64,000 nt of DNA, taken from Armatimonadia bacterium. GTDB taxonomy: Bacteria > Armatimonadota > Zipacnadia > Zipacnadales > UBA11051. The stretch is from the NCBI GenBank assembly GCA_039683575.1, contig JBDKRC010000137.1, positions 11,107-75,106 of the forward strand, in the 5' to 3' direction. The first letter of the stretch is position 1, and each line of letters starts with the position of its first letter. Under the pieces are notes generated by a model, which ran no database searches, was not told the DNA's origin, and saw only the letters and a list, made by a program, of their open reading frames with translations. The position numbers and the translations under genes are program-made. Positions 23,126 through 33,982 of this stretch are shown here, one piece after another.

Positions 23126-25219
23126 ATGAACAACCTCCTGTGTCTTCTCGCCGCCGCGGTAGTCATCAGCCTGGCCGCGCCTGCCCGCGCCGCCACCATT
23201 CGCGTGGACGTCAACTCCATGCCGCGCATCGTCTTCACCGGCGACTCCCAGACCTGCGGCCGCGTCGGCGCCCTCGACTATCCCCAGATGCTCTCGTGGG
23301 AAGTCCCCCTGAGGGTCTTCAACACTGGCGTCGGCGGCACCAGCATCACCCACCTGATCAGGGAGAAGAGCGGCGGCACAGCCACCCTCAAAGCCGGCGA
23401 GAAGGTTGCCCATGGCGAGAAGGTCGGCTGGGGCAGCGGCCCCTATCCCGGTCAGAAGATCCGCTTTGGGACGCAAAACTACGTCGTAGACCGCATCGAG
23501 ATGGTCGACTACAAGGCCGCGCTCTACAACGTCTACCTCACCGAGCCGGCCCGCGAGGACTTCACCGGCACCGACTTCTCCGTCGAAGAGGGCTGGCGCG
23601 TCCGCATTGCCGAGATCAAGCCCCAGTACGCCGTCTTCATGTACTCGGTGAACGATCCGAGCTGGACTTCCGAGCAGTTCAAGGGCTACCTCGCCGAGAT
23701 CACCCGCCGCTGCCGCGAAAGCAACATCACCCCCATCTTCCTGAGCGGCTTCCCGCTCATGGAAGCCCCCAGCGGGGGCTCCCACCCCGGCACGAACGAC
23801 AATGTGCTCAAGCGCCCCCAGGACATGCTCGAATTCTGCCAGGCCGAGAAGCTCGCCTTCGGCGACGTCTTCCGCACCCTCATGCTCCTCGACGAGCAGC
23901 GCACCTCGGTCTGGGTAGACACCGTCCACCCGACCACCGACGGCTCGCTGCCTGCCATCCAGGCGATGCGATACCTTCTCAAGCAACTGGGCGCGGTCAG
24001 CGGCCCGTTCGTCCGAGGCTACCGCGTGCCCGGTTCCGAACTGCCCTGCACCTTCGACAATCTCTCCCCCATCACGCCCAGCCAGCCCGACTACAACGCC
24101 AGGAACGAGCCGAGGGACAACGAGTTCGATCTCGAGTCCATCCGCGTCCGCGACGAGTACGGGTTGCTGGCAACGGCTGACGGGCAATGCCTGAAGAGCG
24201 AGCAGCCGCTGGTGCTCGAATTCGGACAGCTTCCGGCGGGAATGCTCGACCAGGCCGCGGTCGAACTGGTGTCGCCGGAGCAAGTACTCGTCTCCTATTT
24301 CGATCCTGAGAAGAACCAGTGGGTGAAGCTCTGTGAGGGTAGTGGGAAGCTTCGCGGCGAGGTGCCTGCGAAGCTGGCGCAGACAGGGCTTTTGCGCGTA
24401 GCAGTGCAGGGCAAGCCCGTCCTGCTGGACTATGCAGGGCTTGAGTTGAAGGGTGATTTCCCCCCTCCGCCGCCCGCAGCCGCCACGCCGCAACCCCTCA
24501 TCTGGCCTGAGCCGGGCCGGTACGCATGGCCCGCGAGCGGCAACCTGATCGCCAACGGCGACCTGACCAGGGCCGCCAGTGGCACTCCCGACTGCTGGGT
24601 GAGGCGCGGAAACGCCGCCTACCAGCCAGCGGGCACGATTGCGAAGGGGACAGGGGATTTCAGAGAGGAGCGTCTCGACCAGTTCCAGGCCGCAGGGCAG
24701 GCCTTCAACAGTTCCGTTCGCCCCTTGGACATGGTAGTCATTGAGAAGGGCCCGGAGGGCGTCACCGGCAACTTTCTCATTCAGAGTATCATAGATGACG
24801 AAACGCTGGACTTCCGCCGGTTTGCCAAGGCGCCAACCAATGGACTGGCCTTCACGGTCCAGCGCAAGTCAGGCCTTCCGGCGGTGCCAGGGGGTTGTCT
24901 GATTGAGACTGCATCGGGTGGCGAGTGGGAAACGCGGCTGGAACTTGCTCCCGGAACGTATGATCTGACCTTCTACCACCGTGTGTTTGACCCGACCTCC
25001 ATGACCGCCAGAAGCCGCCCAGACCGTGTGGCTAAGGTAGAGGTCCTCGACGCCAAGGGCAAAGTTCTGCACACTGCCGTCCCCCGGGAGTGCAGCTACT
25101 CCTGGCAGCGAGACAGCCTGAGCTTCGATCTGCCGAAGGCTCAGGCTGTCGTAATTCAGGCCACAACGGCTAGTCTCGTGAAGGTTCAGTACACGGGCTT
25201 CGCCCTGCTCAAGCGGTAG
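23126..25219 (+). CDS. secreted SGNH/GDSL-family hydrolase with a large C-terminal beta-rich extension
   Basis: Start at MNNLLCLLAAAVVISLAAPARA (signal peptide). The longer ORF from 23021 lacks a signal. GDS block IVFTGDSQTCG and C-terminal catalytic block VDTVHPTTDG. Confidence 0.7.
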   Translation: MNNLLCLLAAAVVISLAAPARAATIRVDVNSMPRIVFTGDSQTCGRVGALDYPQMLSWEVPLRVFNTGVGGTSITHLIREKSGGTATLKAGEKVAHGEKVGWGSGPYPGQKIRFGTQNYVVDRIEMVDYKAALYNVYLTEPAREDFTGTDFSVEEGWRVRIAEIKPQYAVFMYSVNDPSWTSEQFKGYLAEITRRCRESNITPIFLSGFPLMEAPSGGSHPGTNDNVLKRPQDMLEFCQAEKLAFGDVFRTLMLLDEQRTSVWVDTVHPTTDGSLPAIQAMRYLLKQLGAVSGPFVRGYRVPGSELPCTFDNLSPITPSQPDYNARNEPRDNEFDLESIRVRDEYGLLATADGQCLKSEQPLVLEFGQLPAGMLDQAAVELVSPEQVLVSYFDPEKNQWVKLCEGSGKLRGEVPAKLAQTGLLRVAVQGKPVLLDYAGLELKGDFPPPPPAAATPQPLIWPEPGRYAWPASGNLIANGDLTRAASGTPDCWVRRGNAAYQPAGTIAKGTGDFREERLDQFQAAGQAFNSSVRPLDMVVIEKGPEGVTGNFLIQSIIDDETLDFRRFAKAPTNGLAFTVQRKSGLPAVPGGCLIETASGGEWETRLELAPGTYDLTFYHRVFDPTSMTARSRPDRVAKVEVLDAKGKVLHTAVPRECSYSWQRDSLSFDLPKAQAVVIQATTASLVKVQYTGFALLKR

Positions 25220-25222
25220 GGG

Positions 25223-28200
25223 TCACAGGCCCTTTGCGAAACTCTCGCAGATCGGCGCCGCGTGTGGCTCGGGAAACAGCAACTGCGGCGCCGGTTTGCC
25301 GTCTGCCAGTAGCTGCATCGTTCCGACGTTGCCCGCCAGGATGATCTCCCAGCACTGTCCCGCCTGCCCCACGGGAGCCAGCGTCAGGACCTGCTGCTGC
25401 TTCTCGGGCACAGCGACCGACACCAGGCGCTGCTTCCTGTCGGGCGAGGTCGCCTGCGCCGAAGGAATGTCTCCGTTGACGCCGCCGAACTCGATCTTCA
25501 TCTCGCGCGTGCCGGCAGGGATGTAGACGTAGTACTTCGCCCCATTCGCCGGCACCAGCCGTCCCGCCAGGGGGAACGCTGACGGCAGCTTCGGCGTCAC
25601 GGTCACCGGATCGCAAACCCGCCCCATACTGCCCTCAGCGGCCACTGTGAAGCGGTAGAGGCCCGTCTGACCGTCCGCGGGCACCTTCAGCGATAGCACC
25701 TTCTCGCCTTTCGGGTACGTCTCATCGTGTTGCGCCACCTGCTTGCCATCCGGCGCCACGGCCGTCAGCGAATAGGTGCGGGTCTCGTAGGTATGCGTGG
25801 TCGGGAAGCTGACGCTGAACTCCTGGTCCTTGTCTTCGAGGACCCAGAAGTCCACCGTCTCAATCTTCCTGGTCTTACCATCCACCTCCGGGCGAGTCCG
25901 AGTGAAGAGTAGCTGATAACCCGGCACTCCCACCATCAGCGGGTCTGGGGCCACCGGCTTGCCATACTCCGCCAGCGCTTTCATGAAAGCCGGGAGCCGC
26001 TGGATGATGTAGCCTCCCAACGACACCTGCCCCGACTGCATGAACCCCGCCAGCAGCGGGTCATCCCCGGCATAGACCGACGCGACCGCCTTGTCACACT
26101 CCCACACGCCGCGCCCCAGATACTTCGGGTCCTTCGTCACGAGGTAGGCATAGGCGAGGATGTTCATGTACTCCCGCGTCCCCCACAGCGACGACATGTC
26201 GCCATAGCCTTCCATATAAGAGTCCGTCCACGCCACCAGCGCCTTCTTCGCCGCCTCGCTGTGGGTCAGGTCCCAGTACCGCTCGATCCACGGCGCATAG
26301 TTCTCCCATTCGGGGAACGAGCCCAGCGGCGTGACCTTGTCCTTGTAGTGCGGCCAGTATGACAGTACATGGGCGGAGTACTTGACCGTCCCGTCCACAT
26401 TCTGCACCTTGGTCGTCAGGTGGGTGAAGAACGCCTCGATGATCGGCCGGTAGCTCTCATCCCAGGTGTCGGTGTACAGGTCAATGAGCGCTGACATCGT
26501 CCCCGTGCCGGAGCGGCTCCCGAAGGGCGCGGTGTACTTCGCCTTCACCGCCTCGCCCCAGTCCTTGGCGACCTCAAGCCCCACCTGTCCCCTGTCATGT
26601 GCCAGTACCACAGCGCGAAGTCCGTCATAGAGTTGTAGTCGGTCAGCCGATTGCCCGAATGCCAGTGCACGATGCCCTTGTAGTCGTTCAAGGCGCCCTT
26701 CAGCTTGCCCTGGGGGTACTCCAGCGCCTCGAACTCGGGCGTGCTGTAGTGGCAGAAGTCCACATCGAGCACGTGCCGGGTGTTGCGGATGGCATAGTCC
26801 AGGTACTTTGTATCTCCTGAGCGCAGGTACAGCAGCCACGGCACCCGCGGCGCCCCGTGGTGGGTGTTGCGCCAGCAGCGGTAGGCATCGCTCCACCGGC
26901 GCTTGCCCATGTCCCACGAGGTGTGGCTGTCTCCATAGTTCCACAGGCCATAGTCGCGCGTGAAAGCCTGCATGCGTCGCTCAGCATCGAAGTTGTCTGA
27001 GATCAGCTTCTCATACTTCGGAAACAGATCGGGGCTATAGGGCTGCATGGCCCCAAAGACGCCGGAGTCGCACATCCACTTCACATCGGCGAGCGCCGCA
27101 GGCGGATTCTGCCGTACGCGAGCCGTAATGAGGTCCACCTGCGTGCCGGGAGCGCTGAAGGTGAGCCAGAATTCGTGGGTCTTGGCGACGCCCATCCCAT
27201 TGGCGTTTTTGGAGGACCGCAGGTAGCGGTAGTCGTTGTCGCTCAAGCCCTCCTGGTGGCTGTAGAAGGCCTCTGGAGCCTGGAAATCGAGCACCTCACC
27301 CTCATGGGCATACCAGGCATATTGCAGATTCGCGTCCTCGATCTTCCGGTCGGGGTTCTTGACGCCATGGGCCGGCCAGACGTGGAAATTCAGGCTCGTA
27401 GGGGTGACAGTGAACTCCTTGGGAAAGAGTTGGCGGAAGTCGCGCACCTGCAGCGTGCAGTTGGCCCTGGGGCCCGTAGTCGTCACCAGACCCAGTGGCT
27501 GTGCGGACGGGCCACACGGGCCGGAGAGCAGTTTGAACTTGTCGAAGTCATACTGCACGAGCCCCACGGGATTGTCGCCCACCGCTGCCTCAAGCGCTTT
27601 GCCATCCTCCATCACAAATCCCGCCCGCGTGCTCTCTACGGGCACTGAGAAGCCGATATCGCGGAATCGCAGCTTCCGGGAGTCCTCGGTCATGAGCCAC
27701 GTATACATGACCCGCACGGTGGGCTGCCCGGCATAGAAATGGTACCGGATGATGAACTGGCACTTGCGGTCACCAGTGTCGCTGACATACCAGCCGCGGG
27801 TGGCAACAACCGTCCGCAGCGGCCCCTCTTCCTCGACTTGGACGGACGGCTTGTCGTCCCTTGAGGCACGGAAGATCTGTCCGCCATCGGTGACGAAATA
27901 CGCTCCAGAAGTGGGGTCAATTGCACAAACGGAGTTAACCGATGTAACGATTTGGCCGATTCCTGAGCACCTCGTTCTGCTCATTGAAACCTGCATCGGC
28001 CCGGTATCAATGTCAACCAAATCCGCCGTCTGCTTCACCCGTAAAGCCTTCGCCACCGGCGCCCGTCTGACACCCTCGCCGAACTCCAACCCCAGCTTCC
28101 TCCCGGTCGCCGAGAGGTCGCTCTGGAAGTCGAGCAGCAGCCATCTGACGGACCCATCCCGGTGCTTGCCGGTACAGAGGGCCTGCAGCGGCAGTTCCCG

Positions 28201-28389
28201 CCCCTGCTCGTCCAGCAGACGCACGTTGTCCGCGGATTTGAGGGCACCCTCGGGAAAGGGCACCCCGGTGGTCACCGGCCACGCGGTGACAGCTTGCCCG
28301 GCGGGGTTGCTGACGTTGAGGTCTATTCTCGCCGCAAACGTGCCAGCAGCCAGCAGGAGCGCGCTCAGGAAGCAGGTCAGGCGGATCAT
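25223..28389 (-). pseudogene. large secreted protein (about 1055 aa if contiguous) split into two overlapping ORFs (26545-28389 and 25223-26944) by a 1-nt frameshift in a C4 run at 26579-26582. Either an authentic pseudogene or a homopolymer indel error.
   Basis: The upstream ORF ends ...WYWHMTGDRWGL-RSPRTGARR*. The +1 frame continues ...GLEVAKDWGEAVKAKYTAPFGS.... Inserting one G gives the uninterrupted ...HMTGDRWGLEVAKDWGEAV.... Signal peptide MIRLTCFLSALLLAAGTFAA at 28389. Confidence 0.55.
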
Positions 28390-28414
28390 CCGGATACTAC
28401 CTCGCGACGTGGTA

Positions 28415-30941
28415 TTACAGCGTTGGCATCTCGGCTGGGGCCAGGGGCGCGGTCTTGAGCGCCTCGGCCATCTCCCGCCGCCAGCGGTATACATCCGCCG
28501 GATCGCTGGTGTATTCGGTCATACTCCTGCAGAGCGAGGAGGGCACGCTGAGGGCCGCTTTGGCCCTCTCAAGCCATTTTGCGTCCGCGGCGGGGCCGGC
28601 TTCGACGCTGGCAATGGCCTTCTCAAGCAGCCGCGCGTAGGCGTAATCTTCCAGCCCGTCGCGGAAGTTCTCGAGGCGGATGGTGGGCAGCGGCGTGCCG
28701 TCGGGCCCGGCGCAGAGCCATGAGCCATCGCCGTGGTAGGTGGTCCAACTCCGCGGGTCCCAGTCGGTGAAGGGCCCGCCGGTGATGGGCTTTTGGGAGT
28801 TCCAGATGCTGGTCTGGTAGTAGAGGAAGCCGTCGGGCCGGTACTTGGCCGTCTGCGCCCCCATCAGCACCCGGCCCTCGATGGCGGGGTACTCAACGAA
28901 CATATTAGCGAAGGGGTGGTGCGGACCGCAGCAGATGTACCACCAGACCTGCTGGCCCTTGGCCCGCACCTGGTCGGCCAGCGCCCGATCATACTTGGGC
29001 GTCAGCGGGCAGAAGGCGTCCATGGACTTGATGACCGAGTTGGTGCCGAAGCTGTGGTCATACGTCGTGGTCATCACCGCCACACCGGGGCATTCCTGCT
29101 TGAAGACCTCCGCCGCGCGCTGGACACCCGGGAAGAGCTCGGCAGGGTTCTCGTCGCAACCATAGATATAGGCATGGTCGAGGAGGCCGAGAGCCTTGGT
29201 CTGCTCGTAGGCCGCCTTGATGCGGGCGAGGGTCTTCTCGCGCCAGACTTCCTGCTCGGCTGGCTTGTCGCCGAGAATGGCGTAGTAGCCCAGGTTGAAG
29301 CGCCCAAGCTGCCCGCGCTCGTGCAGGCGCTTCAGAATCTCGAAGTCGGGACTGCCGCTGTGGTAGAGGCTGTCGTAGGTCAGGTAGTAATCGGCCAGGA
29401 AGTCGCCCCACTGCAGGCGGTGCTTCTTCCAGGCGTTCATCGGGTAGTCTTCGGACTTGCGCCATTCGGCCTGCTGAGCCTTCGTCAGTTCGGTCGGATG
29501 GTCGTGAGGCGAGAAGGTAACCGCCAGGTCCAGCGGGGAGCGATCGGGCAAGGTGAAGGGATATACCTCAACGCGCAGGTTAAAGGCGTAGAGGGGGTTT
29601 GCCGGCGGCAAGGACCTCCAGCTTGCCGCGGTAGACGCCGGGCTGCTGGTCTTTCGGGGCGCGGAAGCGAACCCAGAAGGCCTGTGCGTCGCCGGGTTGC
29701 ACGTCAGCGGCATCCATGAAGTCGAGTATCGGGTCGGGCCACCAGCCGATGTGAGAGGTACCGTAGGGCGGCCGGGCCTTGGTCTCGACGTAGCCCACTG
29801 GTACAGGCTCGATGTAGCGGTCCGCAAAGGCGGCACCCCCGGGAATCTGCAGGTCGCGCACCCGCACCTGAACCCGCTTGAGTGGTTGCTCGCAGGGCAG
29901 CACAACGACCTGGAGCGATTCCTTCTCGTTGCGTGCGAGCGCCAAAGAGGCATCGGGAGCGAGGCGGAAGGTCGGCGGAACCCCGCGCGGCAGGACCTTC
30001 TCCATTGAGGTGGCAAAGCCGACGACAACATCGCTGGGACCGGCCTGCGTGGTCTGTGTCTGCAGGCGCACCGGCTCGAATTCGGCGCGCAAGGCGCTGC
30101 GGGCTTTGACGGTGGCAATCTCGGACTGCAGGTTCAGGCTGAGTTCATCGCCTTTGAGCATGGCAGGATCTCCCTGCGCGACGAGTTTGGCAAACTGCTC
30201 GACCTGCCGCTCGCAGTCGGCCAGGCGGGCGTTGGCCCAGGCGGCTACGCGGGGCAGCCGGGAAACGGTGTCGCGCACGCTATCACGAGCTTCCTGCAGC
30301 ATCTGCCGGAGCAGCGGAAGGTGGCGCTCCTGCAGAGCTGCGAACTGCCTGATGTAGTCGGCAGACACTTCGGGAGCTTTCTCACCTGGCTTGAGAAGCT
30401 GCAGCGCGTCCAGGCAGATCTCCATGTCGCCGACGGGGCGCTGAGTGAAGAAGTGCAGGATGGAGATGTCCTTCGCATCGACGTTCTGCGTCGCCAAGCC
30501 CGCCAGAGGCACCTGCACTGGCACGTAACTGTTGGCCGGAATGGTTACGTTGAAGCTCAAGCCCTTACGGACGGGCAGCTTCGAGTCGGAGATGAAGAGA
30601 CTCAGGCCGTGGTTGTAGGGGGTGGGGTTGGTGACCGCAAAGAAGAGGCGGTCATAGCCCGTCCAGTCTTTGAGGGCGGGGTTAGCCTCGACTGCCGGCC
30701 ATTCGCCCATGCCCTGTTTCCACTGCGGCGTCCGCAGGCATAGCGCGTGCGTCCCCGAGGTCGCGAAGCGGGCCTCGCACGCGACGGGGAAGCTGCGGTT
30801 GGTCGTGCGGCCCTCATCATGCCACGCTTTGACGTCGGCCTCATTCTCGAAGTCAAAGAGCATGGTGCCCGCCTGACCCGGCAGGGCCGAGAGCAGGCAC
30901 AATGCGGCCAGCCATAGGACGATGTGTTTCACGGTGATCAC
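28415..30941 (-). pseudogene. large secreted DUF4091-like putative glycoside hydrolase (about 840 aa if contiguous) split into ORFs 29580-30941 and 28415-30118 by a 1-nt frameshift in a G5 run at 29593-29597
   Basis: ORF A ends ...RGKLEVLAAGKPPLRL*. The other frame reads ...PPANPLYAFNLRVEVYPFTLPDRSPL.... Deleting one C on the coding strand gives ...LAAGKPLYAFNLRVEVYPF.... Signal peptide MITVKHIVLWLAALCLLSALPGQA. The C-terminal region is similar to that of the 30960-33959 paralog. Confidence 0.55.
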
Positions 30942-30959
30942 CTCGAAGGATAGTTCGCG

Positions 30960-33959
30960 CTAGCGCGGAGCGGCTTCAAGCAGACTCTCGGCTTGCGTGA
31001 TGATACGCTCAAGTTCCTCTGCATTGGTGTTGAATTCGCTATAGCTTGTCACGACCGCGTCGGCGGCGGTGAGCACGGCCTGCGCTTGACGCCGCCACTC
31101 GCCCCCTTGTTGGTTGCCCTGTGAGGCGGCGAGTTCCTCAGTTAGGAGGGCCAAGGTATCGTAGTCGTTGAGCCCCTCACGGAATAGCTCCCAGCGGATC
31201 GAGTTCAGGATGCCATCCCTGTTCGGAGTGGGATACAGCATCCAGCCATCCCCGTGGCGGCGAGGCTTGCCGTCAAGGCCCTCGGTCCAGGGGTCGAGTT
31301 CGTTGACTCCCCCGGTGCCGCCCCAGTAATTGATAGACCACCAGATCAGACCGTCGAGACCGACTTTGCGCGCCACCCATGGAAGGATGCGAGCATTGAT
31401 AGCCGGGAGGTCTATGAGAGCGAGCTCATTGTGGTAGGCCCAGAGCTTGCCGCCTGCGGCGTGTATGGCCTGCACCGCACCGGGGCTGAGGTCGGGGGCA
31501 CCGAAGTACAGGGCGGGACACCAGAGGTCCACGAGGCCCTGAAGCTCCGGCAGGGGGGAGTTGGAGATGAAGATGGGCAGGTCGGGGGCGGCCTGCCGGA
31601 CTAGGCGCGCGAGTTTGGGGAGTTTGTCGCGCAGGACGGCGTCTTTGGCCCAGAACGGCTCGTCCCACAGCCAGAGGGCCGTGCGGTCCATCCAGCCCTC
31701 GCGGCGGAAGACCTCGGCTATCTCCCGGATCCTCGCCTGGAAGCTGGCGGCAAAGGCGGGGTCGTCGGGGTCAAGGTCGAGGTCGCCCCACTTGCGACGG
31801 CCGTCCCAGCCGCCCGCGCCGAGGAACTGCACGGGAAACCACGCGAAGCGCAGGCCGGTGGCGAAGTAGCGCTTACCGGCGGCGGCGATGTCGCCATCTT
31901 CGCCGATCCGGAAGCGCCCGGTGCTGGCGCAGCGGTGGGCGGCAGCGTTTTGGGCGAACTGCTCCCAGGGAATGTTGCCGTACTTGGTCTGATATATGCC
32001 CCAGCCGTACCAGACATCGGCGGCGACGCGGAGGCGGCTAAGGTCAGGAAGCTCGTACTTGAGCACCCGCAGGCGCAAATCGAAGTCTTCACTGACGCCC
32101 TCGCCGAGAAGATGGGCTTTGCTCTGATAGACGCCGGGCTTTGCATCGCGTGGGACTGCGACCGTCAGCCAGAAGACAACGTGCGCGGGGCCTGTGGCGT
32201 CCACGGGCGTCGGGGGCAGCAGCGGGTCGGGCCAGTCCCCCGCAAAGGTGGTCTGGTCGGAAGGGGTCTTGATGGTGACGTAGCCGACGTTATTGAGGCG
32301 CAGGCACTGGGCGGACAGCTTGCCCTGTGCCGAGGTGAGCTCGTCGAATTGCAGCCGCAGGCCGCGCAGGGGCATCTGGCGGGGCGTCAGGCCGATCTGC
32401 AAGGCGCGGGTCTGGTTGCGAGCGGCCTGCAGCTCAAGGACAGGGCGCGGCGCGGTGGGCTCGATGCGATCCGAGGGCAGGACCTTGTAGGTGGGGCTGA
32501 GCGACCAGAGCAGGAAGCGGGGCGTGGCGGCGAGGACCTGGGGGCGCAGCACCTGCACGTCGGCAGTCTGCGGGAGGGCGTAACGGCACTGTGAGACGGG
32601 GCTGCCGGCGGCGAGCAGCTTGACGTAGAGGTCCTGCTTGCCGGTTTCGGCCAGCTTGAGGGGCATCACGAAGGGGGCAGTGCTGACGGACTGTTCGGTG
32701 GTAGTTGTCTCGCCGCTACGCTTGACGGCGCTGCAACGGAGAGTCGTCTGGGCAGCGCCGGTGACGGTACCGCGAAGCTCCTGGCCTTGCAGAGAGGCGA
32801 TGGTTAGGCCCGGCGGCTGCTCGCCGAAGATCAGCAGGCCCCATTCGGCGGGATTGCACCAGTCCTTCTGGCGCGCGAAGAGCGAGCAACTGGTCCCGTG
32901 CGGTCGATTCCGACCGACTTGCAGGGCCCATGCGCCGCTCGGGCCGCGGCCGAGGTCGGCGAAGGGAACGGCCATCTCGGCGCTCCAGCCGGTGGACGTG
33001 CGCACGGCGCGCACCTGCCACTTGGGCTCCCACGACAGGTCGAGCTTAGCGGTCCCGTTCTTGTCCCGCGTACCGCGCTGGCTGTACGGCGTCCCGAGGG
33101 GATTGGCGGCGAGTTGGAGGTAGCCGGTCCCGGAACGGTCGGGGTCGAGGAAGACTTCGAAGGAATCGTCGCCCCATACCGGGCCGTCGGGCTGGGTCTC
33201 GCGGGCGATGAGCTTGGCGGGATCGTCGGTGCTCTGCATGGCGAGGTAGAGGCGGGTTGCATCATAGCCTACGCGGAGGGCCACGGGCTGGGCGCATGGC
33301 CGGGCGTCGAAGTCGGCGAAACTGCCGAGGGGCGCAACGGATTTCCAGGCGGGGTCATCGAGTTGGCCGTCAATCGTGGGCGCGGCGGGGAGGCGGCTGG
33401 CGGTGATGAACAGGTCGCGTTCCTGGACCTGTGGCACGTTGTCGGTGAGGGTCACGTTGTCGAGCAGTAGTGCGTGGGCGCGCCCTTCGGAACCCTCGGC
33501 GCGCTTCTGGCCGATCCACAGTCGCGTGATCTGGGCACCGCTGACGGCCTGGCGGAAGCTGCGGGCCAACGGGAGGTCCACGTGGACCCACTGGTTGAGC
33601 TTGGGGCGCAGGGAGGGCATCGCGCCATACTCTTTGCCGTCGGCGGTCGTGACGAGTACCTGGATATAGTACGGCTCGGCGGGGCCGAGGGAGCAGAAGT
33701 CGAAGCTGAGGCAGGAGTCGCGGTCAGTGAACTGCCAGCCTGGGCTGACATAGAGGACGCCTGAGGTGGACTCTGCCTGAAGAGCGGCGCCGGTCGGACC
33801 TGCGGCGAGGCGGTGGGTGAGTTTGACGGCGGCGGGCGAGGAGGTGACCCAACCATCGAGGCCAGTCTCGAAGTCGCAGGTTTTTGCAGGGGCTGCAAGG
33901 GCCGCCACACACGGCAAGATTGCGAGCAGGCTGAACCAGTAGCGGAAGGCTGAGGGCAT
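30960..33959 (-). CDS. large secreted protein with N-terminal CBM-like domain, CBM9-like domain and DUF4091-like C-terminal putative glycoside hydrolase domain
   Basis: Signal peptide MPSAFRYWFSLLAILPCVAALAAPA. CBM9-like block DGQLDDPAWK...DDSFEVFLDPD. C-terminal LWLWDEPFWAKD...LWCPALYF is similar to the 28415-30941 paralog. Confidence 0.6.
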   Translation of the reverse strand: MPSAFRYWFSLLAILPCVAALAAPAKTCDFETGLDGWVTSSPAAVKLTHRLAAGPTGAALQAESTSGVLYVSPGWQFTDRDSCLSFDFCSLGPAEPYYIQVLVTTADGKEYGAMPSLRPKLNQWVHVDLPLARSFRQAVSGAQITRLWIGQKRAEGSEGRAHALLLDNVTLTDNVPQVQERDLFITASRLPAAPTIDGQLDDPAWKSVAPLGSFADFDARPCAQPVALRVGYDATRLYLAMQSTDDPAKLIARETQPDGPVWGDDSFEVFLDPDRSGTGYLQLAANPLGTPYSQRGTRDKNGTAKLDLSWEPKWQVRAVRTSTGWSAEMAVPFADLGRGPSGAWALQVGRNRPHGTSCSLFARQKDWCNPAEWGLLIFGEQPPGLTIASLQGQELRGTVTGAAQTTLRCSAVKRSGETTTTEQSVSTAPFVMPLKLAETGKQDLYVKLLAAGSPVSQCRYALPQTADVQVLRPQVLAATPRFLLWSLSPTYKVLPSDRIEPTAPRPVLELQAARNQTRALQIGLTPRQMPLRGLRLQFDELTSAQGKLSAQCLRLNNVGYVTIKTPSDQTTFAGDWPDPLLPPTPVDATGPAHVVFWLTVAVPRDAKPGVYQSKAHLLGEGVSEDFDLRLRVLKYELPDLSRLRVAADVWYGWGIYQTKYGNIPWEQFAQNAAAHRCASTGRFRIGEDGDIAAAGKRYFATGLRFAWFPVQFLGAGGWDGRRKWGDLDLDPDDPAFAASFQARIREIAEVFRREGWMDRTALWLWDEPFWAKDAVLRDKLPKLARLVRQAAPDLPIFISNSPLPELQGLVDLWCPALYFGAPDLSPGAVQAIHAAGGKLWAYHNELALIDLPAINARILPWVARKVGLDGLIWWSINYWGGTGGVNELDPWTEGLDGKPRRHGDGWMLYPTPNRDGILNSIRWELFREGLNDYDTLALLTEELAASQGNQQGGEWRRQAQAVLTAADAVVTSYSEFNTNAEELERIITQAESLLEAAPR

Positions 33960-33982
33960 CAGGACGTGGCTCCAGTGAGTCT

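Noticed and set aside
22967-24493. 508-aa minus-strand ORF
   Set aside because: Antisense to the SGNH hydrolase gene, which has a signal peptide and catalytic blocks. Gly/Ala/Glu-rich with no motifs.
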